From: Candidatus Latescibacterota bacterium
GTDB lineage: Bacteria > Latescibacterota > UBA2968 > UBA8231
Length of the DNA stretch: 64,000 bases
Reading direction: 5' to 3'
NCBI GenBank assembly: GCA_965248355.1
Contig: OZ252098.1
Span: forward strand, 3,328,001-3,392,000
Of the stretch, positions 1-8,941 are shown in pieces. The position numbers and the translations under genes were made by a program. Position 1 is the stretch's first letter, and every line of letters begins with the position of its first letter. The notes below the pieces were generated by a model that was given only the letters and a program-made list of their open reading frames with translations, made no database searches and had not been told where the DNA came from.

Positions 1-693
1 CCGGAGGATCCGATGGCCCGGTTCATCCAGGGCCGCCAGGGCATCACCTGGGAGCACTCCCGGCTGATCACGGGGCGGTCCCCGCGGGAGCTGGCCGACC
101 TCGGGGTCCGGGTGGGGACCTGCGCCGTGCCGGCGGCCGCCCTCCGGGGCCCGCACGTCTTCGGCCCCGAGGAGGCCCCCCTCGTATCGGCCTGGATCTT
201 CGACAACCGCGGCGGCAGCCTGACGCTGCTGCTGCTGTGGCAGCGGTTGCGCCGGTCCGGCTTCACGCCGAGGCGCACCCTGCACCTGTGCTTCCTCGTG
301 CAGGAGGAGACGGGACTTCTCGGCGCCAAGGGCTGGGTGCGCCGCAACGAGGTGGAGAGCTTCATCGCCGTCGACTCCACGCCCATGCCGCGGGGCACCT
401 CTCTCCAGCTCGACGGGAGACCCGCCGCCTGGTCCCGCGACAGCCGGGTCCACTTCCACCAGGGCCTGATCGCCGAGCTGGACGCGGCCGCCGTCCGCGC
501 CGGCACCGGTCTGCAGTACGCCGTCTACTCGGCCGCCGCATCCGACGCCACCGGCGTGCTCGAGGCCGGCGGCGCCCCCCGCTGCGCCACCATCGGATAC
601 CCGCGCGAGAACTCCCACGGGTACGAGGTCGTGCGCTGGTCGGTCTTCGACAACCTCGAGCGGACCCTCTTCGAGTACGTCTCGGCCCTCTGA
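1..693 (+). CDS. M42-family metallopeptidase (5' part lies outside the window)
   Basis: Motifs FDNRGG, VQEETGLLGA, AVDSTP, ASDA and HGYE are typical of M42 aminopeptidases; the frame is open from the window edge. Confidence 0.75.
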   Translation, partial: PEDPMARFIQGRQGITWEHSRLITGRSPRELADLGVRVGTCAVPAAALRGPHVFGPEEAPLVSAWIFDNRGGSLTLLLLWQRLRRSGFTPRRTLHLCFLVQEETGLLGAKGWVRRNEVESFIAVDSTPMPRGTSLQLDGRPAAWSRDSRVHFHQGLIAELDAAAVRAGTGLQYAVYSAAASDATGVLEAGGAPRCATIGYPRENSHGYEVVRWSVFDNLERTLFEYVSAL

Positions 694-703
694 GGCCGCC
701 GCC

Positions 704-2068
704 TTGGAGCCCACCGCTCTCGAGGGCCGCCGGCTGGCCCTGCTGGGTCTCGGCGTCGAGAACCGGGCCCTGGGCCGCTGGCTGGCCTCCCGGGGACTCG
801 GCTTCTGCGTCTGCGACGCCGATCCCGGGCGCCGCCTCGAAGGGGAGCCGTGGAAGGAGGCGGTCCTGGAGTGGCGGCTGGGGCCGGGCTGCTTCGACCG
901 CCTCGACGACTTCGACCTGCTCTTCCGCTCCCCCGGCATCCCGGTGCGGAGGCCGGAGCTGCAGCGGGCGCGGCGCCTCGGCGGCACCACGCTCAGCAGC
1001 CAGACGGCGCTCTTCCTCGAGCGCTGCCCGGCGCCGGTGATCGGCGTCACCGGGACCAAGGGGAAGGGGACCACGGCCTCCCTCCTGGACTCGATCCTGC
1101 GTCGGACGCCCGGCGTGACCCCCCGCCTGGGGGGCAACATCGGGACTCCGCCCGTCGGTTTCCTCGACGACCTGACCGCCACCGACGTGGTCGTGCTGGA
1201 GCTGTCCAGCTTCCAGTTGCAGGACCTGGATCGAAGCCCTCGCGGGGCCGTGGTCCTCCCCGTGACCCGCGACCACCTCGACTACCACGCCGACCGCCGG
1301 GAGTACGTCGAGGCCAAGGCCGCGATCTGCGCCCACCAGGCCGGCGGCGACTGGGTCGTGTCCAGCGCCGACGACGCCATCGCCGCCGAGCTGGCCTCCA
1401 GGAGCCGGGGACGGGGCCTGGGGTTCCGGGCCGGAGCCCCCCTGGAGGGCGACGGCTGCTGGAGTGAAGGCGGCGAGATCCGCTGGCGGGAGGGTGGCCG
1501 TGCCGAGAAGCTGGCCTCGGTGAGCGATCTCCGACTCCGGGGGCTGCACAACCTTGCAAACGCCTGCGCCGCCGCCGCGGCCTCCCGTCTGTGCGGCGCT
1601 CCCGCGGCTGCCATCGGGCAGGGTCTGAGCGCCTTCGAGGGGCTCCCGCACCGTCTCGAGGAGGTGCGCGAGCGGGGCGGAGTGCTGTTCGTCAACGACT
1701 CACTGGCGACGACGCCGGAGGCGGCGGCGGCGGGCCTGGAGGCCTTCGCCGGCCGCCCGGTGGTCCTCATCGCCGGCGGCGCCTCCAAGGGCGCCTGCTT
1801 CCATGGGCTCGGAGCCGGCATCGCCCGCTCGGCGGCGGCCCTCGTGACGCTGGGAGAGGAGGGCCCCGCCATCGCCGCCGCCGCGCGCGCCGGCGGATTC
1901 GGCGGACCGGTCGCCGGGGACTGCGCGGACATGGCAGCGGCGGTGCAGCGCGCCACGGAGCTGGCGGCGGCCGGCGGCGTCGTGCTGCTGTCGCCGGGGT
2001 GCGCCAGCTTCGGGATGTTCACGGACTACGCGGCCAGGGGAGAAGCCTTCCGATCCGCCGTCGGTTGA
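704..2068 (+). CDS. murD: UDP-N-acetylmuramoyl-L-alanine--D-glutamate ligase
   Basis: GLG start, RSPG, GVTGTKGKGTT P-loop, GGNIG, ELSSFQL, DHLDYH, PHRLE, NDSLATTP, LSPGCASF. TTG start. Confidence 0.93.
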   Translation: MEPTALEGRRLALLGLGVENRALGRWLASRGLGFCVCDADPGRRLEGEPWKEAVLEWRLGPGCFDRLDDFDLLFRSPGIPVRRPELQRARRLGGTTLSSQTALFLERCPAPVIGVTGTKGKGTTASLLDSILRRTPGVTPRLGGNIGTPPVGFLDDLTATDVVVLELSSFQLQDLDRSPRGAVVLPVTRDHLDYHADRREYVEAKAAICAHQAGGDWVVSSADDAIAAELASRSRGRGLGFRAGAPLEGDGCWSEGGEIRWREGGRAEKLASVSDLRLRGLHNLANACAAAAASRLCGAPAAAIGQGLSAFEGLPHRLEEVRERGGVLFVNDSLATTPEAAAAGLEAFAGRPVVLIAGGASKGACFHGLGAGIARSAAALVTLGEEGPAIAAAARAGGFGGPVAGDCADMAAAVQRATELAAAGGVVLLSPGCASFGMFTDYAARGEAFRSAVG

Positions 2069-2118
2069 TGCTCCGCCGTCCCCGACTCCCGCGAGGCCGG
2101 CACCGTTGATCTTTTCCC

Positions 2119-2148
2119 TTGACATTGTGCCGGGATCCCGGATAGGTT
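2119..2148 (+). promoter_or_regulatory. sigma70-type promoter TTGACA-N18-TAGGTT
   Basis: Perfect -35 at 2119-2124 and TAnnnT -10 at 2143-2148 in the intergenic region after murD; direct repeat GCACTCATC x2 at 2164-2182 just downstream. Confidence 0.6.
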
Positions 2149-2214
2149 GACCCGCGTTCCACGGCACTCATCAGCACTCATCGACAAGCACCTGAAGGAG
2201 CTTCCAGAAGCCGG

Positions 2215-2466
2215 ATGATAGTCCGAATCCCACAAGACCTCCTGCGCCCGTCCAGGTCGACGGGCCGGCCCGCGTTTACCGGGACGACCGCCGCGGCCTC
2301 CGCCTCCGGCGACTTCCGGGGCGTATGGGGCCCGGCCGCAGGAGGGATGGGGTTCCACCGGCTCCACGGAAACGAATGCATCCCGATGACCGCCGCCGAC
2401 TCCATGAACGGCACGGTCATCAAGCCCCGTCCGGGGCTTGCAGCGGGAGGAGATCCCGGAGGTTGA
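2215..2466 (+). CDS. possible leader peptide (83 aa; alternative starts at 2347 and 2404)
   Basis: Only compact ORF between the promoter and terminator; GAAGGAG upstream; runs across the predicted switch segments and stops 60 nt before the terminator. No recognisable domain. Confidence 0.3.
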   Translation: MIVRIPQDLLRPSRSTGRPAFTGTTAAASASGDFRGVWGPAAGGMGFHRLHGNECIPMTAADSMNGTVIKPRPGLAAGGDPGG

Positions 2467-2573
2467 ATCGCTGAAGCGACAGCGACTCGAGCCGGAGGGA
2501 TCGGATCCCAACGGCTTACTCGAAGCCGGCTGCAGGCCCCCGCAAGGGGATCGCCTGCAGCCGGTTTTTTTTT
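2385..2573 (+). promoter_or_regulatory. candidate transcription attenuator or riboswitch expression platform
   Basis: 2421-2428 pairs with 2433-2440. Alternatively 2433-2444 pairs with terminator 5' arm 2529-2540 (12 bp, one G-U). The terminator is 2526-2537/2553-2564. Confidence 0.55.
2526..2573 (+). terminator. intrinsic (rho-independent) terminator
   Basis: Perfect 12-bp stem CCGGCTGCAGGC/GCCTGCAGCCGG capped by CCCC-GCAA-GGGG, followed by T9. Confidence 0.85.
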
Positions 2574-2786
2574 GTTGCACCAGGGCGCCGGGCCTCGCGA
2601 TCGGTACGGTACGCGAGGCTCGCGCCGGGAACCCCGTCGACGGACGTGGGTTCGAGGGATCGGCGGCGGTGGCCGAAGCAACGGGCCCACTCACCGCCCG
2701 CCGGTTCCCCCCGCCTGGCGGGTCAACGGCCGCTGGAACAGGAGGCCAGCGTCGTCCCGCCCGAACTCGCGAGAGGAAGGAGACCG

Positions 2787-2969
2787 ATGCACAAGGTCCC
2801 GAGAGAGTGGCTCGAGAGAGCCGCCCGGGTCTACAACAGCAACGCCGAAGCCAGCAAGGCACTGGGCATCGCGGGGGGCACCTTCGGTCGCCTCTGCCGC
2901 CAGTACGGTATCGAGACTCCCTTTGCCCGCCAGCGCAACGCCCGCAGGGCGGCGCGGTCCCGGGCCTAG
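2787..2969 (+). CDS. small (60 aa) Fis-type helix-turn-helix protein
   Basis: Strong RBS GAGGAAGGAG; MHKVPREWLERAARVYNSNAEASKALGIAGGTFGRLCRQYGI fits the Fis/HTH_8 pattern N-x-x-x-A-x-x-LGI-x-x-x-T-x-x-R; basic tail. Confidence 0.7.
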   Translation: MHKVPREWLERAARVYNSNAEASKALGIAGGTFGRLCRQYGIETPFARQRNARRAARSRA

Positions 2970-3127
2970 GGCAAGCACACGCCTCCGGCTGCGGCGGGAG
3001 AAGCCGGAGACGGCTGCCCCGGCAGCCACGGAATCCCTTTCACGGCGCCTGCCGGGCCGACGGCACCGGGCCGGCAGGCGCTGCTCCCGCACTCCCCCGT
3101 CCCCCGGCTGCGTACCTTTTCCGGACC

Positions 3128-5383
3128 ATGACGAGCCATCCTCCCCGTCTGATCGAGACCGCACCCCCCGGGGTCCAGGCCAGGATCCTGGCCGCCATGG
3201 GGGGCCAGGAAGCCCTCATACAGGTCCGGGCCGACATGGAGGCCGGGGGAAGGGACTACGGCCGGCGCTGGCTGGCCGCGTCCTCCGACCGCATCGTCGT
3301 CGCCGACGAGCCCTCGGCCAACGGCGCCCAGTCGATCCCCATGGCCGAGGTGACACGGGTGCGCACCGAGCCCCTCGTCGGCGGCGGGCGGCTCGAGATC
3401 GAGCGCCGTTCGGCCCCGACCGTGGCGATCGCCTACACCCAGTCCATGGGGGAGAAGTTCTCCGAGGCGGCCCGGGGGCTGGAGCAACTGCGCACCGGCG
3501 AGCCCTTCCTGGTCAATCCTCGCCTCGAGCGCCTGAGGTGCGAAAAGTGCTCGCGGCTGCTGCCGGAGCGGGACGGCGTCTGTCCCGCCTGTATCCGGAA
3601 GTGGTCCACCCTCAAGCGCATCGCCGGCTACATGTTCCCGTACCGGGGGAAGGCGGTGGTCCTGGCCATCGCCTCCCTGGTCACCGCGGGCGCCGAGCTG
3701 GTCCCGCCCCTGTTGATCATGCGTCTATGGGACGAGGTCCTGCTGCCGGCCATCAACGACGAGGACGGCGCCGCGGATCCGGAGTCCCTGCTGGGGCTGC
3801 TCGGCTTCCTGGTGCTGGCCATGGTGGGGGTCCGGGTGGTGAGCTGGGCCGCGGAATGGGTCCACGGATGGACCGCCGCCTGGCTCGGCGCCCGGGCGAC
3901 GGCCGACATCCGGGGCGAGCTCTACCGCCGGCTGGAGATGTTGTCGCTGCAGTTCTACGACCGGCGCAAGGTGGGGGCCCTCATGGCGCGGGTCACGCGC
4001 GACACGGGACGGCTCCAGGAGTTCCTCGTCGACGGGCTGCCCTACCTGATCGTCAACGCCCTCCTGATGGTCGGCATCCTGGGGTTCCTGTTCTGGATGA
4101 GCTGGGAGCTGACCCTCTACACGCTGATCCCGGTGCCTTTCATGGTCCTCTGGGGCGCCGTGTTCTGGAAGCGCATGCGCCGGTTCTTCCGGCGCTGGGG
4201 GGAGACCTGGTCGAACCTCACCGACCGCACCTCCGAAGCCCTGACCGGGATCCGCGTGGTCAAGGCCTTCGCCCAGGAGAGCCGCGAGATCGGCGCCTTC
4301 ACGCGCCTGAACCGCAAGATCACCCGGATCGGCGTGCGCACGAGCGTGAACCGCACCGTGTTCTTCGCCACCATCTCTCTCCTCACCAGCTTCGGCGTGG
4401 TCATCGTCTGGTTCTTCGGCGGACGGGAGGTGATCTCCGGCGAGCTGACCATGGGTACGCTGGTGGCCTTCTATTCCTACATCTGGATGGTCTACGGCCC
4501 GCTGGAGTGGTTCGGCCAGGTCAACTCCTGGATGTCGCGCGCCTTCGCCGGCGCCGATCGCGTCTTCGAGGTCATCGACACCGCCCCCGAGGCCTACGAC
4601 GACGCCGGGGCGGTGCGCATGCCGGAGATGGAGGGACGGATCCGGTTCACGGAGGTGACCTTCGGCTACGACAAGAGCAAGCCCGTCCTCAAGGGCATCG
4701 ATCTCGACGTGCGCCCCGGGGAGATGATCGGTCTCGTGGGGCGTTCCGGCGTCGGCAAGACGACGACGGTGAACCTCATCGCCCGGTTCTACGACGTCGA
4801 CCACGGCTCGATCGAGATCGACGGCGTCGACATCCGGCGCATCAACCTGCGCGACCTGCGCCGCCGGATCGGCATCGTCCTGCAGGAGCCGGTCCTGTTC
4901 TCGGGCACCATCGGCGAGAACATCGGCTATGGCAAGCCGGGGGCGAAGTTCGAGGAGATCCTGGCGGCGGCCAGGCTCGCCAACGCCCACAACTTCATCG
5001 TCGCCAAGCCCGACGGGTACGAGACCCAGGTGGGAGAGCAGGGCAACAACCTCTCCGGCGGCGAGCGCCAGCGGGTGGCCATCGCCCGGGCCATGCTGCA
5101 CGACCCGAAGATCCTGATCCTCGACGAGGCGACCTCGTCGGTGGACGTGGAGACGGAGAAGCAGATCCAGCAGGCCATCAACCGCATGGTGGAAGGCCGC
5201 ACGACCTTCGCCATCGCCCACCGGCTGTCGACCCTGAGGGACGCGGAGCGGCTCGTCGTCCTCGACGAGGGGCGGATCGTCGAGGTCGGCACCCACGAGG
5301 AGCTGATGAACCGGCGCGGCCGGTTCCACGACCTGGTGGAGATGCAGCAGGAAGCTTCCAGGATCATCGCGATCGCCGAGTGA
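3128..5383 (+). CDS. ABC exporter (TMD+NBD) with N-terminal extension and CxxC/CxxC zinc ribbon; DUF1854-associated family
   Basis: Walker A GRSGVGKT, LSGGERQR, ILDEATS; TM domain; CEKC..CPAC. Start placed at ATG 3128 by alignment with the paralog. Confidence 0.9.
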   Translation: MTSHPPRLIETAPPGVQARILAAMGGQEALIQVRADMEAGGRDYGRRWLAASSDRIVVADEPSANGAQSIPMAEVTRVRTEPLVGGGRLEIERRSAPTVAIAYTQSMGEKFSEAARGLEQLRTGEPFLVNPRLERLRCEKCSRLLPERDGVCPACIRKWSTLKRIAGYMFPYRGKAVVLAIASLVTAGAELVPPLLIMRLWDEVLLPAINDEDGAADPESLLGLLGFLVLAMVGVRVVSWAAEWVHGWTAAWLGARATADIRGELYRRLEMLSLQFYDRRKVGALMARVTRDTGRLQEFLVDGLPYLIVNALLMVGILGFLFWMSWELTLYTLIPVPFMVLWGAVFWKRMRRFFRRWGETWSNLTDRTSEALTGIRVVKAFAQESREIGAFTRLNRKITRIGVRTSVNRTVFFATISLLTSFGVVIVWFFGGREVISGELTMGTLVAFYSYIWMVYGPLEWFGQVNSWMSRAFAGADRVFEVIDTAPEAYDDAGAVRMPEMEGRIRFTEVTFGYDKSKPVLKGIDLDVRPGEMIGLVGRSGVGKTTTVNLIARFYDVDHGSIEIDGVDIRRINLRDLRRRIGIVLQEPVLFSGTIGENIGYGKPGAKFEEILAAARLANAHNFIVAKPDGYETQVGEQGNNLSGGERQRVAIARAMLHDPKILILDEATSSVDVETEKQIQQAINRMVEGRTTFAIAHRLSTLRDAERLVVLDEGRIVEVGTHEELMNRRGRFHDLVEMQQEASRIIAIAE

Positions 5384-7653
5384 CCGTGGAGAACGTGAAG
5401 ACGACGATGATGGAGGGAGACACGGGCGGACCCTCTCCCTTCCGGGAACCGGCGCCCGCCGCGGTGGACGAGCGCGTCCGCCTCGCCACCGGGAGGGGTG
5501 AGAGGATCTGGGTCCAGGTGGCCACGGACATGTCCGGTGGCGAGCTCTTCGAGGAGGGCTGGCTGGTGATCACCGACCGCCGGGTGCTCCTGGTGCATGG
5601 CAACGGCTCCGGACCCGCGGCGCCGGAGGTCGAGCAGGTGCCCCTCGGCGAGGTGCGCACGGCCCGCGTCGAGGCCCTGGTCGGCGGCGGGCGGCTGGAG
5701 GTGGAGCGCCGGGAGGGGCCGCCCGCCCACGTCTACTTCTCCAACTCCCTGGCCTCGAAGTTCGCCGAGGTCGCCGAAGGCCTCAAGCAGCTGGCCGAGG
5801 GGGAGACGCCGACCCTGGCCACCTCCGTCGACCGCACCCGCTGCGAGCGCTGCGGCCGGGTGCTGCCCGAGAAGGACGGCCTCTGTCCGGCCTGCGTGAA
5901 GAAGCTGGACACGATGAGGCGGCTGCTCCGCTACATGGCGCCCTACAAGGGGCGGGTGGCCCTGCTGTTGGCGATCCTCGTCCTCGAGACCGGGGTCGAT
6001 CTGCTGCCGCCCAAGATCACTCAGTACATCATCGACGACGTGCTCGTGCCGCAGGACAACTACGGCCTGCTGGTGCAGTACGCCCTGGCGCTGCTGGCCA
6101 TCAACCTCTTCGCCTGGGCCGCCTGGATCGTCCGCCGCTGGGTCGGCACCTGGGTCGGCTTCCGGGCCATCGAGGCGATGCGGGCCGACCTCTACCGGGC
6201 CCTGCAGTTCCTGCCCCTCCGGTTCTACGACAAGCGCAAGGTGGGGTCGCTGATCTCGCGCATGTCGAACGACTCCGACCTGGTGGAGATCTACCTGATC
6301 TTCGACATCCCCTACGTGGCCAACAACGCGCTGATGGTCCTCGGGATCCTCGGAATCCTGCTGTGGACCAGCTGGGAGCTGACCCTGTGGGTGATCCTGC
6401 CGATCCCGCCTATTCTGGCGGTCTCGACGGTGATCTGGAAACGCATGGAGTCGGACTGGCGGCGGTTCTCGGCCAAGTGGTCGCGCCTGTCGTCGCATCT
6501 GAACGAGTCGATCCGCGGCATCCGCGTGGTCAAGGCCTTCGCCCAGGAACGCCGCGAGGGAGAGCGCTTCGACCGCCGCAACACCGACCTGCGGGACGTG
6601 AGCATCACCGCCGAGCGCCGCTGGATCGTGTTCTGGATGATCACCAACTTCTTCATGAGTTCCGGCGTGTTCTTCGTCTGGTACTTCGGCGGACGCCAGG
6701 TGGTCTTCAAGGGGCTCTCCCCCGGCGAGCTGATGGCCTTCATCACCTACATATGGATGCTCTACCAGCCCCTCAAGTGGTTCGGAGACTTCTACGGTTT
6801 CATGATGCGCGCCTACGCCGGAGCCGAGCGCATCTTCGAGGTCGTCGACGCCAGACCCGAGCCCTTCGACGATCCCCGGGCCGAGCCGAGGCCGCACCTC
6901 GAAGGGCGCGTCCACCTGCGCGGCGCCACCTTCGGCTACGATCCCGGAAAGCCCGTGCTGCGCGAGGCCGACCTGGAGGTGGAGCCCGGCGAAATGATCG
7001 GCCTCGTGGGCAAGTCCGGCGCCGGCAAGTCGACCCTGATCCACCTCCTGTGCCGGTTCTACGACGTCACCCGGGGCCGCCTGGAGATCGACGGCGTCGA
7101 CATCCGCCGGCTGCGGCTGGAAGACCTGCGCTCCCAGATCGGACTGGTGGCCCAGCAGTCGTTCCTGTTCAACGGCACGGTGGCCGAGAACATCGCCTAC
7201 GGCAAGCCCGGGGCCTCCTTCGAGGAGGTCCTGCGCGCGGCGAGGGCCGCCAACGCCCACGAGTTCATCATCAAGCTGCCCGACGGCTACGACATGGAGG
7301 TGGGCGAGCAGGGCAACAAGCTCTCCGGCGGCGAGCGGCAGCGCATCGCCATCGCCCGGGCGATCCTGCACGACCCCAGGATCCTGATCCTCGACGAGGC
7401 GACCTCCTCCCTGGACACGCCCACGGAGAAGAAGATCCAGGAGGCGATCGCGCGGCTGGTGGAGGGACGCACCACCTTCGCCATCGCCCACCGGCTGTCG
7501 ACGCTGCGCTCCGCGGACCGGGTGGTCGTGCTCGACGCCGGACGCATCGTCGAGACCGGCACCCACGAGGAGCTGATGCAGCGCGAAGGCTACTTCCACA
7601 AGCTCGTGAAGATCCAGCAGGAGACCACGGCCGTCATGGCCGTGAGCGGATGA
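5380..7653 (+). CDS. second paralogous ABC exporter with zinc ribbon (probable heterodimer partner)
   Basis: GKSGAGKST, LSGGERQR, LDEATS; CERC..CPAC; GTGA overlap with the upstream stop. Confidence 0.9.
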   Translation: MTVENVKTTMMEGDTGGPSPFREPAPAAVDERVRLATGRGERIWVQVATDMSGGELFEEGWLVITDRRVLLVHGNGSGPAAPEVEQVPLGEVRTARVEALVGGGRLEVERREGPPAHVYFSNSLASKFAEVAEGLKQLAEGETPTLATSVDRTRCERCGRVLPEKDGLCPACVKKLDTMRRLLRYMAPYKGRVALLLAILVLETGVDLLPPKITQYIIDDVLVPQDNYGLLVQYALALLAINLFAWAAWIVRRWVGTWVGFRAIEAMRADLYRALQFLPLRFYDKRKVGSLISRMSNDSDLVEIYLIFDIPYVANNALMVLGILGILLWTSWELTLWVILPIPPILAVSTVIWKRMESDWRRFSAKWSRLSSHLNESIRGIRVVKAFAQERREGERFDRRNTDLRDVSITAERRWIVFWMITNFFMSSGVFFVWYFGGRQVVFKGLSPGELMAFITYIWMLYQPLKWFGDFYGFMMRAYAGAERIFEVVDARPEPFDDPRAEPRPHLEGRVHLRGATFGYDPGKPVLREADLEVEPGEMIGLVGKSGAGKSTLIHLLCRFYDVTRGRLEIDGVDIRRLRLEDLRSQIGLVAQQSFLFNGTVAENIAYGKPGASFEEVLRAARAANAHEFIIKLPDGYDMEVGEQGNKLSGGERQRIAIARAILHDPRILILDEATSSLDTPTEKKIQEAIARLVEGRTTFAIAHRLSTLRSADRVVVLDAGRIVETGTHEELMQREGYFHKLVKIQQETTAVMAVSG

Positions 7654-8174
7654 CGGCGAAGCCCCAGCCGGCGCCGATCAAGGTGACGCACCCGGAGCAG
7701 GTGGACATGGCCCGGGTGCGGCTGTTCCGGGAGCCACGGTGGATGCTGCGGCTGACCATCGACGGCGACCGGTCGTACACGCGCGTCAAGGTCGTGCGGG
7801 CGGCCCCCTTGTCCCATCCGCGCCGCTACATCTGCCTTCTCGACGAGAAGGACGAGGAGGTGTGCATGATCCCCGATCTCAAGGAGCTGGACGAAGGCAT
7901 GCGCGCCATCCTCGAGGAAGAACTCGACCGGCGCTACCTGACCTCCACGGTGCAGCGCGTGCTCTCCATGCGCAACGAGTTCGGCACCTCGTACTGGGAC
8001 GTGGAGACGAACCGGGGCCGGCGCGAGTTCGTCGTTCAGAACGCCGCCGAGAGCGCCCAGTGGCTGGGAGAGCACCGGCTCATGCTGGTCGACGTGGACG
8101 ACAATCGTTTCGAGATTCCCGACCTCCGCGGGCTCGACAAGAAGAGCCTGAGCCTGGCGGAGATGGTGCTGTGA
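7650..8174 (+). CDS. DUF1854-domain protein
   Basis: RAAPLSHPRRYICL, EEELDRRY, SYWDVETNRG and DVDDNRFEI match the DUF1854 pattern as I recall it; ATGA overlap with the ABC gene. Confidence 0.8.
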   Translation: MTAKPQPAPIKVTHPEQVDMARVRLFREPRWMLRLTIDGDRSYTRVKVVRAAPLSHPRRYICLLDEKDEEVCMIPDLKELDEGMRAILEEELDRRYLTSTVQRVLSMRNEFGTSYWDVETNRGRREFVVQNAAESAQWLGEHRLMLVDVDDNRFEIPDLRGLDKKSLSLAEMVL

Positions 8175-8217
8175 AACCTCGCCCCCCGGACCACCCCGAA
8201 CACAGTGAGAGAGGCCC

Positions 8218-8886
8218 ATGATCCGTACCGACCCCGCCGTCGTCGAAGCCCTGAGCCAGTTCGATTCCCCCACCCTGTTCAACGCCCTGGCGGAGATCTC
8301 CGGCCTGCCGAACGAGGAGTACACGGACCACACGATCCGTTGCCTGCTCCCGGACCTGGGGCCGGCGGTCGGTTACGCCGTCACCGCCGAGGTCACGACC
8401 AACGATCCGGACTCGCCCCAGGTCCCCTGGACCGATTACTACGAGTGGCTGGAAGGTCTCGAGGGACCCATGGTCACCGTCCTTCAGGACGTGGACTCAC
8501 GGCCGGGCCGGGGCGCCTGCATCGGCGACGGCATGGCGGCCCTGCACAAGCGCCTGGGCGTGACCGGCGCCATCGTCAACGGCACCGCCCGCGACCTGCC
8601 CGGGATCCGGCGTTTCGGGTTGCCGGTCTGGGCCTGGGGCGCCGTTCCCGGACACGGGGCCTTCCACCTCGTCCGCTTCGGCGGCTCGGTGACCGCCGGG
8701 CAGCTGCGGATCCAGGCCGGCGACCTGCTGATGGCCGACCTCGACGGTTGCGTGCGCATCCCGGTGAAGGACGCGGAGGAGGTCGTGAGGGCTGCCGGCG
8801 AGGTCCGGGATATGGAAGCCGGGATCCACACCTTCTACAGCTCCCCCGACTTCACGGTGGCGGAGATGAAGAGGCGGAAGGGCTGA
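8218..8886 (+). CDS. RraA/HMG-CHA aldolase-family protein
   Basis: AVGYAVTA, GDGMA, GAIVNGTARD, GDLLMADLDG. Confidence 0.85.
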   Translation: MIRTDPAVVEALSQFDSPTLFNALAEISGLPNEEYTDHTIRCLLPDLGPAVGYAVTAEVTTNDPDSPQVPWTDYYEWLEGLEGPMVTVLQDVDSRPGRGACIGDGMAALHKRLGVTGAIVNGTARDLPGIRRFGLPVWAWGAVPGHGAFHLVRFGGSVTAGQLRIQAGDLLMADLDGCVRIPVKDAEEVVRAAGEVRDMEAGIHTFYSSPDFTVAEMKRRKG

Positions 8887-8941
8887 CCGAAGGCCCCGGG
8901 AAACCTCGGCGGCCGCCCCCGGCCCCTGGGAGCCGCGCCCC

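Noticed and set aside
2150..2780. Known RNA classes (T-box, TPP, cobalamin, c-di-AMP, SRP, RNase P, tmRNA)
   Set aside because: I could not find their signature sequences by eye; an Rfam scan is still needed.
2438..5379. 981-aa and 1693-aa ORF calls starting at 2438 and 2572
   Set aside because: The N-terminal extensions are low-complexity GC-rich read-through crossing a terminator and other genes; real starts are near 3128 and 5380.
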